Of a stretch of DNA of 64,000 nt, positions 33,948-43,693 are shown piece after piece. Source of the DNA: a virus (lineage: Duplodnaviria > Caudoviricetes). The first letter of the stretch is position 1. Each line of letters starts with the position of its first letter. The stretch covers positions 793-64,792 of IMG/VR virus record IMGVR_UViG_3300027817_000001; one strand, written 5' to 3'. The notes below the pieces were generated by a model that had not been told where the DNA came from, made no database searches, and saw only the letters and a program-made list of their open reading frames with translations. The position numbers and the translations under genes were made by a program.

Positions 33948-34818
33948 GTGGTGCTCCTTGTTTGATCTTGGCGCAGTGCTCGGCGAGCTCTCTGCGTAAC
34001 ATACGATTCGTGCCAACCTTGATCTTGAGATGCACGCGCGTCGCGATCTGATCCGTCGCGTCGTAATATTCGAGGGCCTTCACGTGGTCGGTTTGCTTCT
34101 CGATCCATGATCGGCAGGCGGCGACATATTCGTCTTCGGTTTGTGGGCCAACCGCTCGTGGTGGCTCAGCAGTTGGTCGATCCTCGCCTGGATTTTGTTC
34201 TCCTTCCGGCTGTTGCCCAGGTGCCAGCTGCCGCACGACCGGCACCGATACGGGCTCAGCCCTTTGTTCTTCAGCTTGCGGAGCGCGATCGTTGCTCCTT
34301 CGAGGTTCTTGTGACACGCCTTTCCGCTCTTGCACGCCATCGGACTTCCCTTTCGGTTGCGGGGCGAACACGTCCATGCCGAGCATGGTGCAAATCTCCG
34401 CCTTAAGCGCGCCCTCTTCCATTCCTGGTAAGTACTGCGTAATCACGACATGGGTACAGCGGCGCAGCAGCCGGATCCAGGTATCGGCGGACAGGTTCGA
34501 GACCGACCGCGGTTTCAATTCGGTCTCTTGTGTGAGATGATGAGTAACAGCCTTGTAGTGGCGGGCATTCAACAGAAGTTGCTTACGGCAGTCTTCCTTG
34601 TCCAGGAATCGGTCCTCTGGCGAGTTATCAACGATCTTATCCAACAGCGCGAAGAAGAATCGCAGATATTTCAAATTGCTAGGAACGGTGCACTCTGCCT
34701 TGATGTCCACGTCATGCGGCAGGCTGCTCCATTCCTCATCGAAGATGCCGGCCGCGTCGAGGAATAGGCCGACCTCGCCGGGCTGCGCCTTGCGCTTTCG
34801 GAGAATTAGTTCGGCCAT
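33940..34818 (-). CDS. DUF1367/NinB-like protein with long linker and C-terminal domain
   Basis: LRFFFALL...PRSVSN motif; in recombination arm. Confidence 0.55.
   Translation of the reverse strand: MAELILRKRKAQPGEVGLFLDAAGIFDEEWSSLPHDVDIKAECTVPSNLKYLRFFFALLDKIVDNSPEDRFLDKEDCRKQLLLNARHYKAVTHHLTQETELKPRSVSNLSADTWIRLLRRCTHVVITQYLPGMEEGALKAEICTMLGMDVFAPQPKGKSDGVQERKGVSQEPRRSNDRAPQAEEQRAEPVSVPVVRQLAPGQQPEGEQNPGEDRPTAEPPRAVGPQTEDEYVAACRSWIEKQTDHVKALEYYDATDQIATRVHLKIKVGTNRMLRRELAEHCAKIKQGAPHA
34080..34340 (-). CDS. nested +1-frame zinc-finger protein
   Basis: MACKSGKACH...PYRCRSCGSWHL; AAAGGGAAG RBS; entirely within 33940..34818. Confidence 0.7.
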   Translation of the reverse strand: MACKSGKACHKNLEGATIALRKLKNKGLSPYRCRSCGSWHLGNSRKENKIQARIDQLLSHHERLAHKPKTNMSPPADHGSRSKPTT

Positions 34819-35039
34819 CAGTTGGCCTCGTCTGATTTATTCCGCTCCGGATGCCTCTCTGGGAATCGCTCAAACATCAGAAACATCAGCGGACCGGCGA
34901 TCATGGCTGGGTAGAACATGCAGTAAGTCCACACGTCTCGCCAAATCGGCATGCCGAAGGATGTGACCATTTCATTCGCTTGGCGGATGTGTCCAACGAT
35001 GCCGCAGAGCATCCAGAGTAAAATACCGATCTTAACCAC
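34818..35039 (-). CDS. small membrane protein
   Basis: Two hydrophobic segments; GAGG RBS. Confidence 0.5.
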   Translation of the reverse strand: MVKIGILLWMLCGIVGHIRQANEMVTSFGMPIWRDVWTYCMFYPAMIAGPLMFLMFERFPERHPERNKSDEAN

Positions 35040-35151
35040 AGTAAAACCTCATCATCAGATCTCGCACGAGGGGGATCGAGAGCCACGCGGCGGCGGTAAG
35101 CAGAACCGCAGCCGCCACCGCGACGCAGGCAGCACGAAGCACCAGCAATTC

Positions 35152-36387
35152 CTAAGATCCGTCAGCGTTCAGTTCTTCCAGCCGCTTGCCATACGCCTCG
35201 GCCAACTCGGTGTAATCCGGCGGCATCCATTCCTTGGCGTCCGGCTCGATCTGCGCGTTCCAGAAGGTCTCAGCCTCCCCGCCGTCGGACATGTGCCTGA
35301 TCTTGTCCAGCGCCCAAGTGAAGCGCGATTCGTAGTCCTTCTTGATGTCCGGCCCTTCGCGCTTCGGCACAACCGTGATAGGCCCGCTGCTGATCGGGTC
35401 ATCCTTCGGCGGGGTCACCGCGCCATGGACCTGGACCTCGTCGCCTGGGCGATATTTGTCCGAGCCGTGCGAGAATGTAGCCGATTTCTGAGCTTCACGA
35501 GTGACAATACGCTCGTGAAGCCTCGGGGCACCTTCAGCAATCTTGCCGAGCAGTTGGCTATTCAGCGTATGCCAGGCGATCAAATCGCCATCGTTCCTTG
35601 CGCCTTGGATCGATTCGATATACCGCTCCACCCACTCCGGAAATTTCTCCTTCGCAAACGGTGCCAGATAGACCGGGCCGGTGTCATCGTTCTTGACCTG
35701 CTCGACCTCGGATGGGCTCGGCACGCGGCGCTGCTGCTGGACCTGCTGCACGGGCTTGGCTCGCACCTCGCCGGTTTCCGCATCGTGGTCTGACGCGGTC
35801 GAGGCCTGCGCCATCTCATCGCTGGTATAGAGCCCGGACAGCTCCTGTGGGAAGGCCTTGCGCAGCGCCAGCGCCTCGGCGCACTTCGCCACCATGATGT
35901 CGGCCATCTTGACCCACATCATCGTCGCCGAGCCGTCACGCTTGGTCTGGACATACGACTTGTAGCGCGCGACGCCCCAGCAGACTTCTTTGAAGTCGTG
36001 GCGCAGCACGCCGACCTTGGATGCGACCGGCGGCGTGTCGAGCAGCCACACGTCGGTCCAATTGCCATCAGCGCCGCACCAGAACGGCCCGACCTGTCCG
36101 GCGTATTTGTTCGTGCGCTCGGCGATCAGCCGGAACCCGTCGATCGACGTCTGCGTCTGCATGACCTCGATTTCGGTGCGGCTATGCGAATCCCACTGCT
36201 TGCGCTTGATGGCATAGATCTGACGCGCAAACGGATCGAGCCCGGTGCGCTTGCACTGATGCAAGAACATCTGCAACTCGTCGTCGGTCCCGCCTTTGCA
36301 AATCGTCCTTTTAATCAGTCCGATCTGATCGGAATCGAAATTCGTGGAAACCGCCGTCGATTGCGTCGTCGTGGTAAGCTGGTTCAC
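35152..36387 (-). CDS. bet: single-strand annealing recombinase, Bet family
   Basis: [18 protein letters not shown]; [12 protein letters not shown]; [26 protein letters not shown]. Confidence 0.92.
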   Translation of the reverse strand: MNQLTTTTQSTAVSTNFDSDQIGLIKRTICKGGTDDELQMFLHQCKRTGLDPFARQIYAIKRKQWDSHSRTEIEVMQTQTSIDGFRLIAERTNKYAGQVGPFWCGADGNWTDVWLLDTPPVASKVGVLRHDFKEVCWGVARYKSYVQTKRDGSATMMWVKMADIMVAKCAEALALRKAFPQELSGLYTSDEMAQASTASDHDAETGEVRAKPVQQVQQQRRVPSPSEVEQVKNDDTGPVYLAPFAKEKFPEWVERYIESIQGARNDGDLIAWHTLNSQLLGKIAEGAPRLHERIVTREAQKSATFSHGSDKYRPGDEVQVHGAVTPPKDDPISSGPITVVPKREGPDIKKDYESRFTWALDKIRHMSDGGEAETFWNAQIEPDAKEWMPPDYTELAEAYGKRLEELNADGS

Positions 36388-36457
36388 TGGTCGTCCCTCC
36401 AATGTCCGGCCGCCACTATCGGCGACCGGCGGAATATCGTCAACGGATCAGTTTGCG

Positions 36458-36889
36458 TTAATCCCGAAGCTTCATCTCGCAATTGAGGTGCATGGTCACG
36501 CCATAGCCGTCCTTTGCGCGCCGGGCGAATTCATCCGTCAACGAGACCGCGATCGACTTCACGTTCTTTGACAGCTGTGCCTCAATCTGCTTGGCGATTG
36601 CAGGCCGCAGAGCGTCGACCTTGGCCTGCACTGCGTCCAGCGTGGCTTTTCGGATCAGATCCTGAGCCAACCATTCCACAAACGGAATGCTGTTGTTGCT
36701 GGAATAGCGATCAACCTCGCCGCGACTGTCGACCTTTCTGGTCAACGCTGCCGCAACAATGCCCTGGATGGCTGTATCGGCTCCGATCAGAGATTCCGTC
36801 AACTTGGCCGCGATCGCCTCGCGCGCCATTTCGCCGAAATCCACCCCAGGCATTTCGATGTTCAAACTCGCCTTTGCCTTTTCAGTCAC
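36458..36889 (-). CDS. hypothetical protein
   Basis: 143 aa helical ORF in leftward operon. Confidence 0.6.
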   Translation of the reverse strand: MTEKAKASLNIEMPGVDFGEMAREAIAAKLTESLIGADTAIQGIVAAALTRKVDSRGEVDRYSSNNSIPFVEWLAQDLIRKATLDAVQAKVDALRPAIAKQIEAQLSKNVKSIAVSLTDEFARRAKDGYGVTMHLNCEMKLRD

Positions 36890-38010
36890 GATACCTTGCT
36901 CCTCTCCTGAATGGTCGCCCCGTCGACCGGAAGGCCAGCGGTGACCGCCCGCTGCGCCAGGGACATCAGCACTTCTCGGACCTCCGGCGCTGCCTTGAAC
37001 TGGGCGAACGCCTTGTCCACGTCAATTTCGGTCACGATCCGCTGCAGCTTGACCTTGGCCGCCCGCGCGCCTGGCGCCTTGATCTGGGACGACGGTGGTG
37101 GAGCGTTCGATGCCCCCGGCGCGACGTGCTCGGGATCCACCTTGGCGATGCTGCCCGGCTCGGCACCCTTCCACTCGGCATCGCGCGCTGCCTGCTCCTG
37201 TAGGCGCTTCGTCTCCGCCTCGGCGCGCTTCACCGCCTCGCGCTTCACATCCTCCCATGCCCCCATGGCTTCGCCGAGCTTGGTCTTGGCCTCGTCCGCC
37301 TCATCCCGAAGCGGAAACCAGATCGCCCGCAGGGCCTTCTGCTGCTCGAGCAATGGCCGGTTGGCCTCCTCGTAATGCCCGGCCGCCTCGCCACGCAATT
37401 CAAGGAACCGCGCCTGCAGGCCGCGCGCCGCCGAGGATTGCTCGTCGCTCTCGATCTTGGGAAACGCGGCGAGCTCGGCCTTGAGTGCATCGAGGCGCTG
37501 CTTGATGGCGATCTGCGGCGGAATGACAAGGGAATCATCATTCTGCGCAAGGAAGGCTTCGGCTTCCTCAACCAAAACATCCGTCCGAGCGGCTTGTATG
37601 GCGCTGTATGTCTCAAGCGCAGCAGTCCCGTGGATTTCATTGAAATCCGGCCACGGCTCGCCGCGCTCGGCGACTGCGCGCCAGACCTCTTCCGTGATCG
37701 GGTGTCGAACGAAACTGGTCCACGCCTCGTTGCGCTCGTCCTCGCCGACGATCCGATGACTGATCTGGCACATCACCTCGCCATCAGCGAGCCCTAGCAT
37801 GACGGGATGGAATCCAACCGTCTTCCACTGGCCGTTGCTCTGGCCGGCCGCGTTGAGCTTGCGTTCCTTGATCGGCAGGCGGTAGCAGCCCACATCGAGT
37901 TCTGTGGGCTCCGTCGATGGCCAAAGCTCCTTCGGCCACTTTTTCGGGTCGGTGACGCCCGCCTGGACCTGAGCCAGACGGCTTCGCCACAGTGCATATG
38001 ATGCCTTCAT
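36886..38010 (-). CDS. hypothetical protein with C-terminal coiled coil (Gp157/Gam-like position)
   Basis: Long helical region ending VDGATIQE; next to bet. Confidence 0.55.
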   Translation of the reverse strand: MKASYALWRSRLAQVQAGVTDPKKWPKELWPSTEPTELDVGCYRLPIKERKLNAAGQSNGQWKTVGFHPVMLGLADGEVMCQISHRIVGEDERNEAWTSFVRHPITEEVWRAVAERGEPWPDFNEIHGTAALETYSAIQAARTDVLVEEAEAFLAQNDDSLVIPPQIAIKQRLDALKAELAAFPKIESDEQSSAARGLQARFLELRGEAAGHYEEANRPLLEQQKALRAIWFPLRDEADEAKTKLGEAMGAWEDVKREAVKRAEAETKRLQEQAARDAEWKGAEPGSIAKVDPEHVAPGASNAPPPSSQIKAPGARAAKVKLQRIVTEIDVDKAFAQFKAAPEVREVLMSLAQRAVTAGLPVDGATIQERSKVS

Positions 38011-38303
38011 TACGTCCCCTCTTTTTCAGTTTCCATCGCGCGCAGTTTTTCCATGTCTGTCTCAAAGAACGTGACAGGGTTCTTTTCAGACCAGACAGCC
38101 AGGCCGTGCCTCATGCCCTGACATACAGGACCGGCGACCTCTCGCTGAATGGCATCTCGAATATGCTGCTCAGCATCGGCGCGGTCGTAATCGCACCCGA
38201 TAAACATTCCGGCGGCAGGATTTGCGTAATTGTGAACCGTGTCACCTCCCGCCAAAATGCTGATTGCTTCCTCTGGCGTCAAAAGTATCTTTTCATCATT
38301 CAT
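38010..38303 (-). CDS. hypothetical protein
   Basis: MNDEKILLTPEEA...GMRHGLAV; AAGGGG RBS. Confidence 0.55.
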   Translation of the reverse strand: MNDEKILLTPEEAISILAGGDTVHNYANPAAGMFIGCDYDRADAEQHIRDAIQREVAGPVCQGMRHGLAVWSEKNPVTFFETDMEKLRAMETEKEGT

Positions 38304-38490
38304 GCTTCGTCCCCTTGAACTTGTTCTTGACGTACGAGCCGAAGTAACCGCCGACCGAGTCGGCAACCATCAGATCGCGGTGAATGTGCGCCGGCACGTC
38401 GTGATAGCTCCACGTCGCGCCGCTCTTGAACTTGATCGTCAGCGTCGTGCCCTCATAGCCGACGTGACTGATATTGCTGCTGTGCTTCAC
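38296..38490 (-). CDS. KTSC domain protein
   Basis: SSNISHVGY..TLTIKFKSGATWSYHDVP...ADSVGGYF. Confidence 0.88.
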   Translation of the reverse strand: MKHSSNISHVGYEGTTLTIKFKSGATWSYHDVPAHIHRDLMVADSVGGYFGSYVKNKFKGTKHE

Positions 38491-38876
38491 TTCCTACATG
38501 ATCGCTCCTTCTTCGGAAATCCGCGGCTGCGGATCTTCTGCCTCTGTGACTTCGGCTTGCGCGGCTTCACCGTCTTGCGCTTCTGGCGCGGCCGACCGCC
38601 GTCACCTCCGAACTCAATCCAGTAGAGCCTGTGGGCCACCCAAAACGGCTCAATCCCATGGCTCTCGTAGAACCTTTCTTCGTTCATACCGTGCTGCTCG
38701 GTGTGGTGCTTCGCGCACATTGGCAGGGCGCGCTGATCGTCCGGCTTCTTCTGCAGTGCCCGGAACCCGATCCGGATGTGGCAGGCCTGCGTCTCGCCTT
38801 CCTTCCCGCAAACACAGCACGGCTTGGTGCGGAGGAAGGCGAGGAATTTATCGTCGTGGAGCCTCGGCCGACTCAC
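38487..38876 (-). CDS. DUF968-like HNH-type nuclease
   Basis: FLAFLRTKPCCVCG..ACHIR..KPDD..ALPMCAKHHTEQH. Confidence 0.75.
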   Translation of the reverse strand: MSRPRLHDDKFLAFLRTKPCCVCGKEGETQACHIRIGFRALQKKPDDQRALPMCAKHHTEQHGMNEERFYESHGIEPFWVAHRLYWIEFGGDGGRPRQKRKTVKPRKPKSQRQKIRSRGFPKKERSCRK

Positions 38877-39082
38877 TTTTTGTCGTCCCCTACAAGCCAA
38901 GACATCAGGCGGTAAAATATGAAACCCCATGCCGGTATGCTGGCAAGCAGGTACAAGGACTGCGCCGGTGTGAGCGCCTCTGGATGGGGCCATATCGCAG
39001 GCAGCACTTGGCCCATCAGGAACAATGTCAGGGAGACCGCGCCTCCCCATTTTAATGCTAATCGAACGTTCTCGTTGCTCAT
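38873..39082 (-). CDS. small membrane protein
   Basis: Two TM segments. Confidence 0.5.
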   Translation of the reverse strand: MSNENVRLALKWGGAVSLTLFLMGQVLPAIWPHPEALTPAQSLYLLASIPAWGFIFYRLMSWLVGDDKK

Positions 39083-39170
39083 GTCGGCAGTCCCACCCAG
39101 CACGCCACCCAGATCGCGAGCAGCCCGGCCGCGAACAGCACCTGAGCTGCGATGTTCAGCCACGGCATAA

Positions 39171-39479
39171 TCAGGACTCCGCGCGCTTGAGATCGGAGAC
39201 GGCGTAGGTATACATAATGGCGTCGATCTCGACCCATGCTTTGCCATTGCGAATGGCGACCAGTTCGCCAAGGCACTCATAACCGAGATCGTAGGTCCAT
39301 ACCTTATCCCCGACCTCGATGCGCGCCAGCACCAGCGTCGCAGCCTCGGGCTTGACCCAGATCGGACTGCCGATCGCATTGGCGATCTCAAGCGAGATAT
39401 GCTCGTCGCCCTCGTCTGGGCTGAACCGCACCGTCCCCTGGATTGAAACGATGTCGCCCTTGCGGAACTTGGTTGCCAT
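39171..39479 (-). CDS. tandem SH3/KOW-like small protein
   Basis: FRKGDIV and IEVGDKV repeats; AAGGGA RBS. Confidence 0.55.
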   Translation of the reverse strand: MATKFRKGDIVSIQGTVRFSPDEGDEHISLEIANAIGSPIWVKPEAATLVLARIEVGDKVWTYDLGYECLGELVAIRNGKAWVEIDAIMYTYAVSDLKRAES

Positions 39480-39546
39480 GTCGAACGTCCCTTCGTTTGG
39501 CTGCTACTTCATGAGATGGCCGGGCTTTTGTCACCCGGCCGGGGGC

Positions 39547-39756
39547 TCAATCGGCGACATTCGGAATATTTGATGTCACCATGCGACGAACCACGCGCTC
39601 AGCTTGGCGCTTGTCTTCCTCTTTCTGCTCAGTCACCAGCCAATCCGGGCATGCACCGCCATTGCGGCCATAACCGCCGTCTTTCTTGGTGATCAAGCCG
39701 GTACGCCGCATATGCTCGATTTTCGACTCCACGTAACCATATGAATAATGCGCCAT
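39547..39756 (-). CDS. hypothetical protein
   Basis: GGAGG RBS; 69 aa. Confidence 0.5.
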   Translation of the reverse strand: MAHYSYGYVESKIEHMRRTGLITKKDGGYGRNGGACPDWLVTEQKEEDKRQAERVVRRMVTSNIPNVAD

Positions 39757-39839
39757 CTCAATTCCTCCCGAGGGCCTATCCCTCTATTAGCTCAAGCCCG
39801 GAAGCCGAAGCGCCGGGCGTGAGATCGATGTGGGAGGGG

Positions 39840-39989
39840 TCAAGCGAGGCGGCGCCAACCCTTCGTCGGATGCCACTGGCGGCGCTTGCCATCAGGGTCG
39901 ATGCGCGTCGAGATACGCCGAAGCGGCGTTCCTGGTGTGCCCTTTTCGGCAGACGACTTGATGATGCGATTGAAACGACGAATGCTCAT
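39840..39989 (-). CDS. small basic protein with HPTKGWR motif
   Basis: AGGAG RBS; MSIRRFNRIIK...WHPTKGWRRLA (49 aa). Confidence 0.55.
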   Translation of the reverse strand: MSIRRFNRIIKSSAEKGTPGTPLRRISTRIDPDGKRRQWHPTKGWRRLA

Positions 39990-40027
39990 TGGTAGCTCCT
40001 GCTTGCGTGATATAGTATGTAGTCGGA

Positions 40028-40228
40028 TCAGGCCGGAAAGAGCTTGATGCGCTCACCAAGGACGTCTAGATACTCTCCCATCAGATCGCGCTGCCTCCGC
40101 AGCAGCTGTTGGTTTTCCAGATCGAGCGAGGTAAAAGCTTCGCCTTTGCAGATGAATGCTGTCAGCTTTGTAAGCTTCTCGCGAAGCTCGTTGGCCTCGG
40201 CAACAACTCGTTCTTCGTGGGGCTTCAT
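40028..40228 (-). CDS. crAss001_48-like helical protein (candidate immune-signal sponge)
   Basis: HEERVVAE..EL.EKL.KL.AFI...F.SL...LL..Q...M..Y..VL.ERI. Confidence 0.75.
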   Translation of the reverse strand: MKPHEERVVAEANELREKLTKLTAFICKGEAFTSLDLENQQLLRRQRDLMGEYLDVLGERIKLFPA

Positions 40229-40259
40229 TGCACTTCTCCTGTTTGAGTGTGTCGTTGGA

Positions 40260-40436
40260 TCAGGCGGCGGCCCGCCTCGCCAAGTCGAGAGCCTTGACGC
40301 ACTTCTCGTGCTTGGCTGGCGAACAGTGCAGCCGCGCCAGCGCCGCGGCCACTTCCAGCCACATCAGGCCGATCGTGAACTCCTTGGCGATGAGCGCCTG
40401 CATGGCGCGGCGGAGGAGAAAGTTGATTTCGATCAT
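40260..40436 (-). CDS. hypothetical protein (58 aa)
   Basis: AGGA RBS; GC3-rich frame MIEINFLLRRAMQALIAKEF... Confidence 0.5.
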   Translation of the reverse strand: MIEINFLLRRAMQALIAKEFTIGLMWLEVAAALARLHCSPAKHEKCVKALDLARRAAA

Positions 40437-40494
40437 GGCGGGGTTCCTGTGTGCGATAGAAGATCAGGGCGGTGCCCGGCAGCGAAGCCAGGCT

Positions 40495-40731
40495 TCAAAT
40501 CAGTAGGGTGCGGCCAAGCTCAGTGATGACGATGTCATCGCCGTCATGCTCGACCAGGCCGAGGTCAACCATGTTGGGGTGGCTGGTAGGCATCTCGCCG
40601 GCAAACAACTTGCTCGGGAGGCCAGCATAAGCGACCCGGCCGCCATGCTCGACGAGGTAAGAGAGAACCCGCCGATCCATCTCGATGAGATCAACCGCGA
40701 CGGCGATCATCTGGTTCACGGTCTGGGTCAT
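40495..40731 (-). CDS. small winged-helix-like protein, first gene of leftward arm
   Basis: GGGGAG RBS; LGLVE....ITELGR. Confidence 0.55.
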   Translation of the reverse strand: MTQTVNQMIAVAVDLIEMDRRVLSYLVEHGGRVAYAGLPSKLFAGEMPTSHPNMVDLGLVEHDGDDIVITELGRTLLI

Positions 40732-40764
40732 GTCGGTCTCCCCAAAATTTCGATCTCAACAATC

Positions 40765-40840
40765 GTCAATCTAATTGCTTGCGGACAGATGTCAATGATA
40801 AAAATTGCATGCCACCAACATTTTTGCTATGCCAGTGGCT
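40765..40840. promoter_or_regulatory. divergent promoter region
   Basis: AT-rich; minus TTGACA-16-TAGATT; plus TTGCAT(40805)-17-TATGCC 7 nt before ATG 40841. Confidence 0.6.
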
Positions 40841-41182
40841 ATGACAGAACAGCGATCCGCAATCCTGCAGGCCTATGACCGCGTGATTTCGCGGGTGATA
40901 GACCTTTACTCTCAAGAACATGGCACGACGCGTGGCGCGCTCAGTTGGCTTGCCACGCAGATCGAAACATCGCGGCAAAACATCGACAATTGGGGTAAGA
41001 AATCCGGAATCCCGCCGGCCCATGTCGAGACCATCCAGAAAATCACCGGACTAAAAAAGGACGAGATTCGGCCCGACACCCTCATTGTCGAGGTGCCCAA
41101 AAAAGCATGGAGCCGACTCGCTCCTAAGGAACTCGTCGACCAATCCACCATCCACAGCACAAAGGGACGCAAATATGGCTAG
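40841..41182 (+). CDS. Cro/YdaS-like HTH regulator
   Basis: [44 protein letters not shown]. Confidence 0.8.
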   Translation: MTEQRSAILQAYDRVISRVIDLYSQEHGTTRGALSWLATQIETSRQNIDNWGKKSGIPPAHVETIQKITGLKKDEIRPDTLIVEVPKKAWSRLAPKELVDQSTIHSTKGRKYG

Positions 41183-41447
41183 CTATGCGGTTGCCGCCGA
41201 CCAGCTCAAATCCATTATTGAACGGATAGAACGACTTGAGGAAGAAAAGCGCGCGATCGGCGATGACATCAAGGACGTCTACACCGAGGCTAAAGGCAAC
41301 GGGTTCGACACCAAGGCCCTGCGTGAGATCGTCCGGATGCGCCGGCAGGACCCGAACGAGCGGCAGGAAGCCGAGACCGTGCTGGAGGTCTACATGCAGG
41401 CCTTGGGCATGCTCCCGCTGTTCGGTGCGGCTGAGAAGGCGGCCTGA
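41175..41447 (+). CDS. gapR: GapR/DUF2312 nucleoid-associated protein homolog
   Basis: [17 protein letters not shown]...[26 protein letters not shown]...YMQALGM. Confidence 0.92.
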   Translation: MASYAVAADQLKSIIERIERLEEEKRAIGDDIKDVYTEAKGNGFDTKALREIVRMRRQDPNERQEAETVLEVYMQALGMLPLFGAAEKAA

Positions 41448-41806
41448 TGACCGAGACCGTCATCACCCTTTCCATGCCCCCGAGCACGAACAATCTGTTC
41501 CTGAACGGCCGCGGCGGAGCAGCGGGCCGCCCACGTTCGCCAGAATACCGAGCCTGGGCCAAAGAGGCGGGCTGGGCTTTGGCCTCTCAGCGGCCTCGCG
41601 CCGTGCCGGGACGGGTAGTCCTGCTGATCGAGATCGAGGAACCGAAGACGAAACACCGGCAGGACTGCACGAACCGGATCAAGGCGGTGGAGGACCTGCT
41701 GGTCGACCACGGCGTGATCGAGGGGGACGACCAGAGATTCGTTCGGGCAGTGACCGTTCGGTGGGCAGATGTTGCCGGTGTGCGGGTGACGGTGCAATCC
41801 GAATGA
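41447..41806 (+). CDS. rusA: RusA-like Holliday junction resolvase
   Basis: PPSTNNL...DCTNRIKAVEDLLV..GVIEGDD. Confidence 0.82.
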   Translation: MTETVITLSMPPSTNNLFLNGRGGAAGRPRSPEYRAWAKEAGWALASQRPRAVPGRVVLLIEIEEPKTKHRQDCTNRIKAVEDLLVDHGVIEGDDQRFVRAVTVRWADVAGVRVTVQSE

Positions 41807-42390
41807 CCTGGCCGTTCGGTGCGATGCGCCCGCTGTCCTATGACGTGCTGATGGCCGATCCGCCCTGGAGCTTCGAGAACTGGTCCGAGGCCGGCGAGGC
41901 CAAGAACGCCAAGGCGCAATACGACTGCATGCCGACGGCGGACATCTGCGCTATGCCGGTCGGCCAGCTCGCGCGCGGAGACGCCTGGCTGTGGCTTTGG
42001 GGCACGTTCCCGATGCTGCCGGATGCGCTCCGCGTCATGGAGGCGTGGGGTTTCCGCTACGTCACCGGTGGGCCATGGATCAAGCGCGGCCGCTCTGGCA
42101 AGCTCGCATTCGGGAATGGCTATGTTCTTCGATCGTGCTCGGAAATCTTCCTGCTGGGCAAGTGCGGCGATCCTGGCACGCTCAACAAGTCGACGCGCAA
42201 CGTGATCGAGGCGCCGCGGCGGCGGCATTCGGAGAAGCCAGACGAGGCCTATGCGGTGTGCGAATCACTGTTTCCGGCCATGAAGCGAGCCGATATCTTC
42301 TCGCGCACAGACCGCCCCGGCTGGGATGCATGGGGTAATGAGGTAGGGAAATTCAATCCGCAGTGTGCCGAGCCTTCGTTGATACACTAG
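41803..42390 (+). CDS. MT-A70 family adenine methyltransferase
   Basis: MADPPW; LWLWGT; AWGFRY; HSEKP; FSR..RPGWDAWGNE. Confidence 0.92.
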   Translation: MTWPFGAMRPLSYDVLMADPPWSFENWSEAGEAKNAKAQYDCMPTADICAMPVGQLARGDAWLWLWGTFPMLPDALRVMEAWGFRYVTGGPWIKRGRSGKLAFGNGYVLRSCSEIFLLGKCGDPGTLNKSTRNVIEAPRRRHSEKPDEAYAVCESLFPAMKRADIFSRTDRPGWDAWGNEVGKFNPQCAEPSLIH

Positions 42391-42934
42391 CCATAGCTAT
42401 TGCAAACCGTCACGAATCTGCCCTACAAAAGCACGGGCCCCGAGGTGGTAAACCTCGAGGCCCAAGCTAAGGTCCGACCGAGTTGGAAGCTCGCCGGATT
42501 GGACTACCCGAGAATAGATGCTGCGCGGCATCGGATAGTGATCATTGATTTAGGCTGTTCGCGCCTATTCGTCAATGCAACCTCCCCAACCGCCACATCA
42601 ATAATCGGTTCCTAAGACCGCGAGTGATCGCGGCCGGAGCTTTGCTGTGCTGTTGGGTGTCGCTCGGTGGTCCCGCCCCATAGAAGCCAGGATGAGCCGC
42701 ACGGCGCTGCGGGGGCGAACGGAGGGTATGGCCCTCCCCTCTTTTGAACCCATTTTCGGGGCCCGCGATCCCAGAGAAGACCTGCAAGGGCGCCTCCCAT
42801 GCAGGCCGGCAAGAACCGGAAAACCAGTATTCGGCGAGCCAATCGGCTTGCTCCTCTTGGCAAGAGGCAGGGAAGCCCGAGGAGGGTATCTCTGGAAGAA
42901 AAGGGAGAAGTCGTCTAAATTTTGGAGGGTTCCA

Positions 42935-43693
42935 ATGGCTGAAACAACTGAGATCGCGTGGTGTGATTCGACGTTCAACCCGTGGATCGGGTGCCAGAAA
43001 GTCTCGCCTGGCTGCGACAACTGCTATGCCGAGACGCTGATGGACAAGCGTTATCACAAAGTCAAATGGGGCCCGCACGGCGAGCGAAAGCGCACCAGCG
43101 AGGCGAACTGGAAGCAGCCGCTGCATTGGGCGCGCCGTGCGGCTGTAGCCAAAGCCAAGGCTTGGGCTAATTGCGAGCCAGCGCCCGAGCGGCCGCGCGT
43201 GTTCTGCTCGTCGCTTGCGGACTGGCTCGACAATCAAGTTCCAAGGCAATGGCGCAACGAGCTCGGCACGATGATCTGTTCGACGCCAGAGCTTGATTGG
43301 CTGTTGCTGACGAAACGCCCAGAAAATTACAAACGATTAGCTCCTTGGAATCTAGACGAAATCCCATCGAATGTTTGGATCGGATTCACGGCCGAGGACC
43401 AGGAGCACTATGATCGCCGGTGGGCGATCGTGCGCGATATCCCGGCGCGTGTGCGTTTCTGCTCCTATGAGCCGGCGCTGGGGCCGTTGGAACTGTCCGG
43501 CTCAGTTCATCCGGACTGGATAATCTGCGGCGGCGAGAGCGGGGCAGGATATCGCGACATGCCGGAGGAATGGGCGGACCAAATCCGGTATGAATGTGGT
43601 GTGGCCGGCGTGGCGTTCTTCATGAAGCAGATGGCGGGCAAGAAGCCGATTCCATATCGGCTGCAGGTTCGCGAATTTCCGGAGGTTCGCTGA
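42935..43693 (+). CDS. DUF5131 (phage Gp37/Gp68) protein
   Basis: IAWCDSTFNPWIGCQKVSPGCDNCYAE; LLTKRP; WIICGGESG; FFMKQ; GGAGG RBS. Confidence 0.92.
   Translation: MAETTEIAWCDSTFNPWIGCQKVSPGCDNCYAETLMDKRYHKVKWGPHGERKRTSEANWKQPLHWARRAAVAKAKAWANCEPAPERPRVFCSSLADWLDNQVPRQWRNELGTMICSTPELDWLLLTKRPENYKRLAPWNLDEIPSNVWIGFTAEDQEHYDRRWAIVRDIPARVRFCSYEPALGPLELSGSVHPDWIICGGESGAGYRDMPEEWADQIRYECGVAGVAFFMKQMAGKKPIPYRLQVREFPEVR

Noticed and set aside
42647-42934. N-terminal extension of DUF5131 in the ORF track
   Set aside because: True start is ATG 42935 with GGAGG; family motifs begin there
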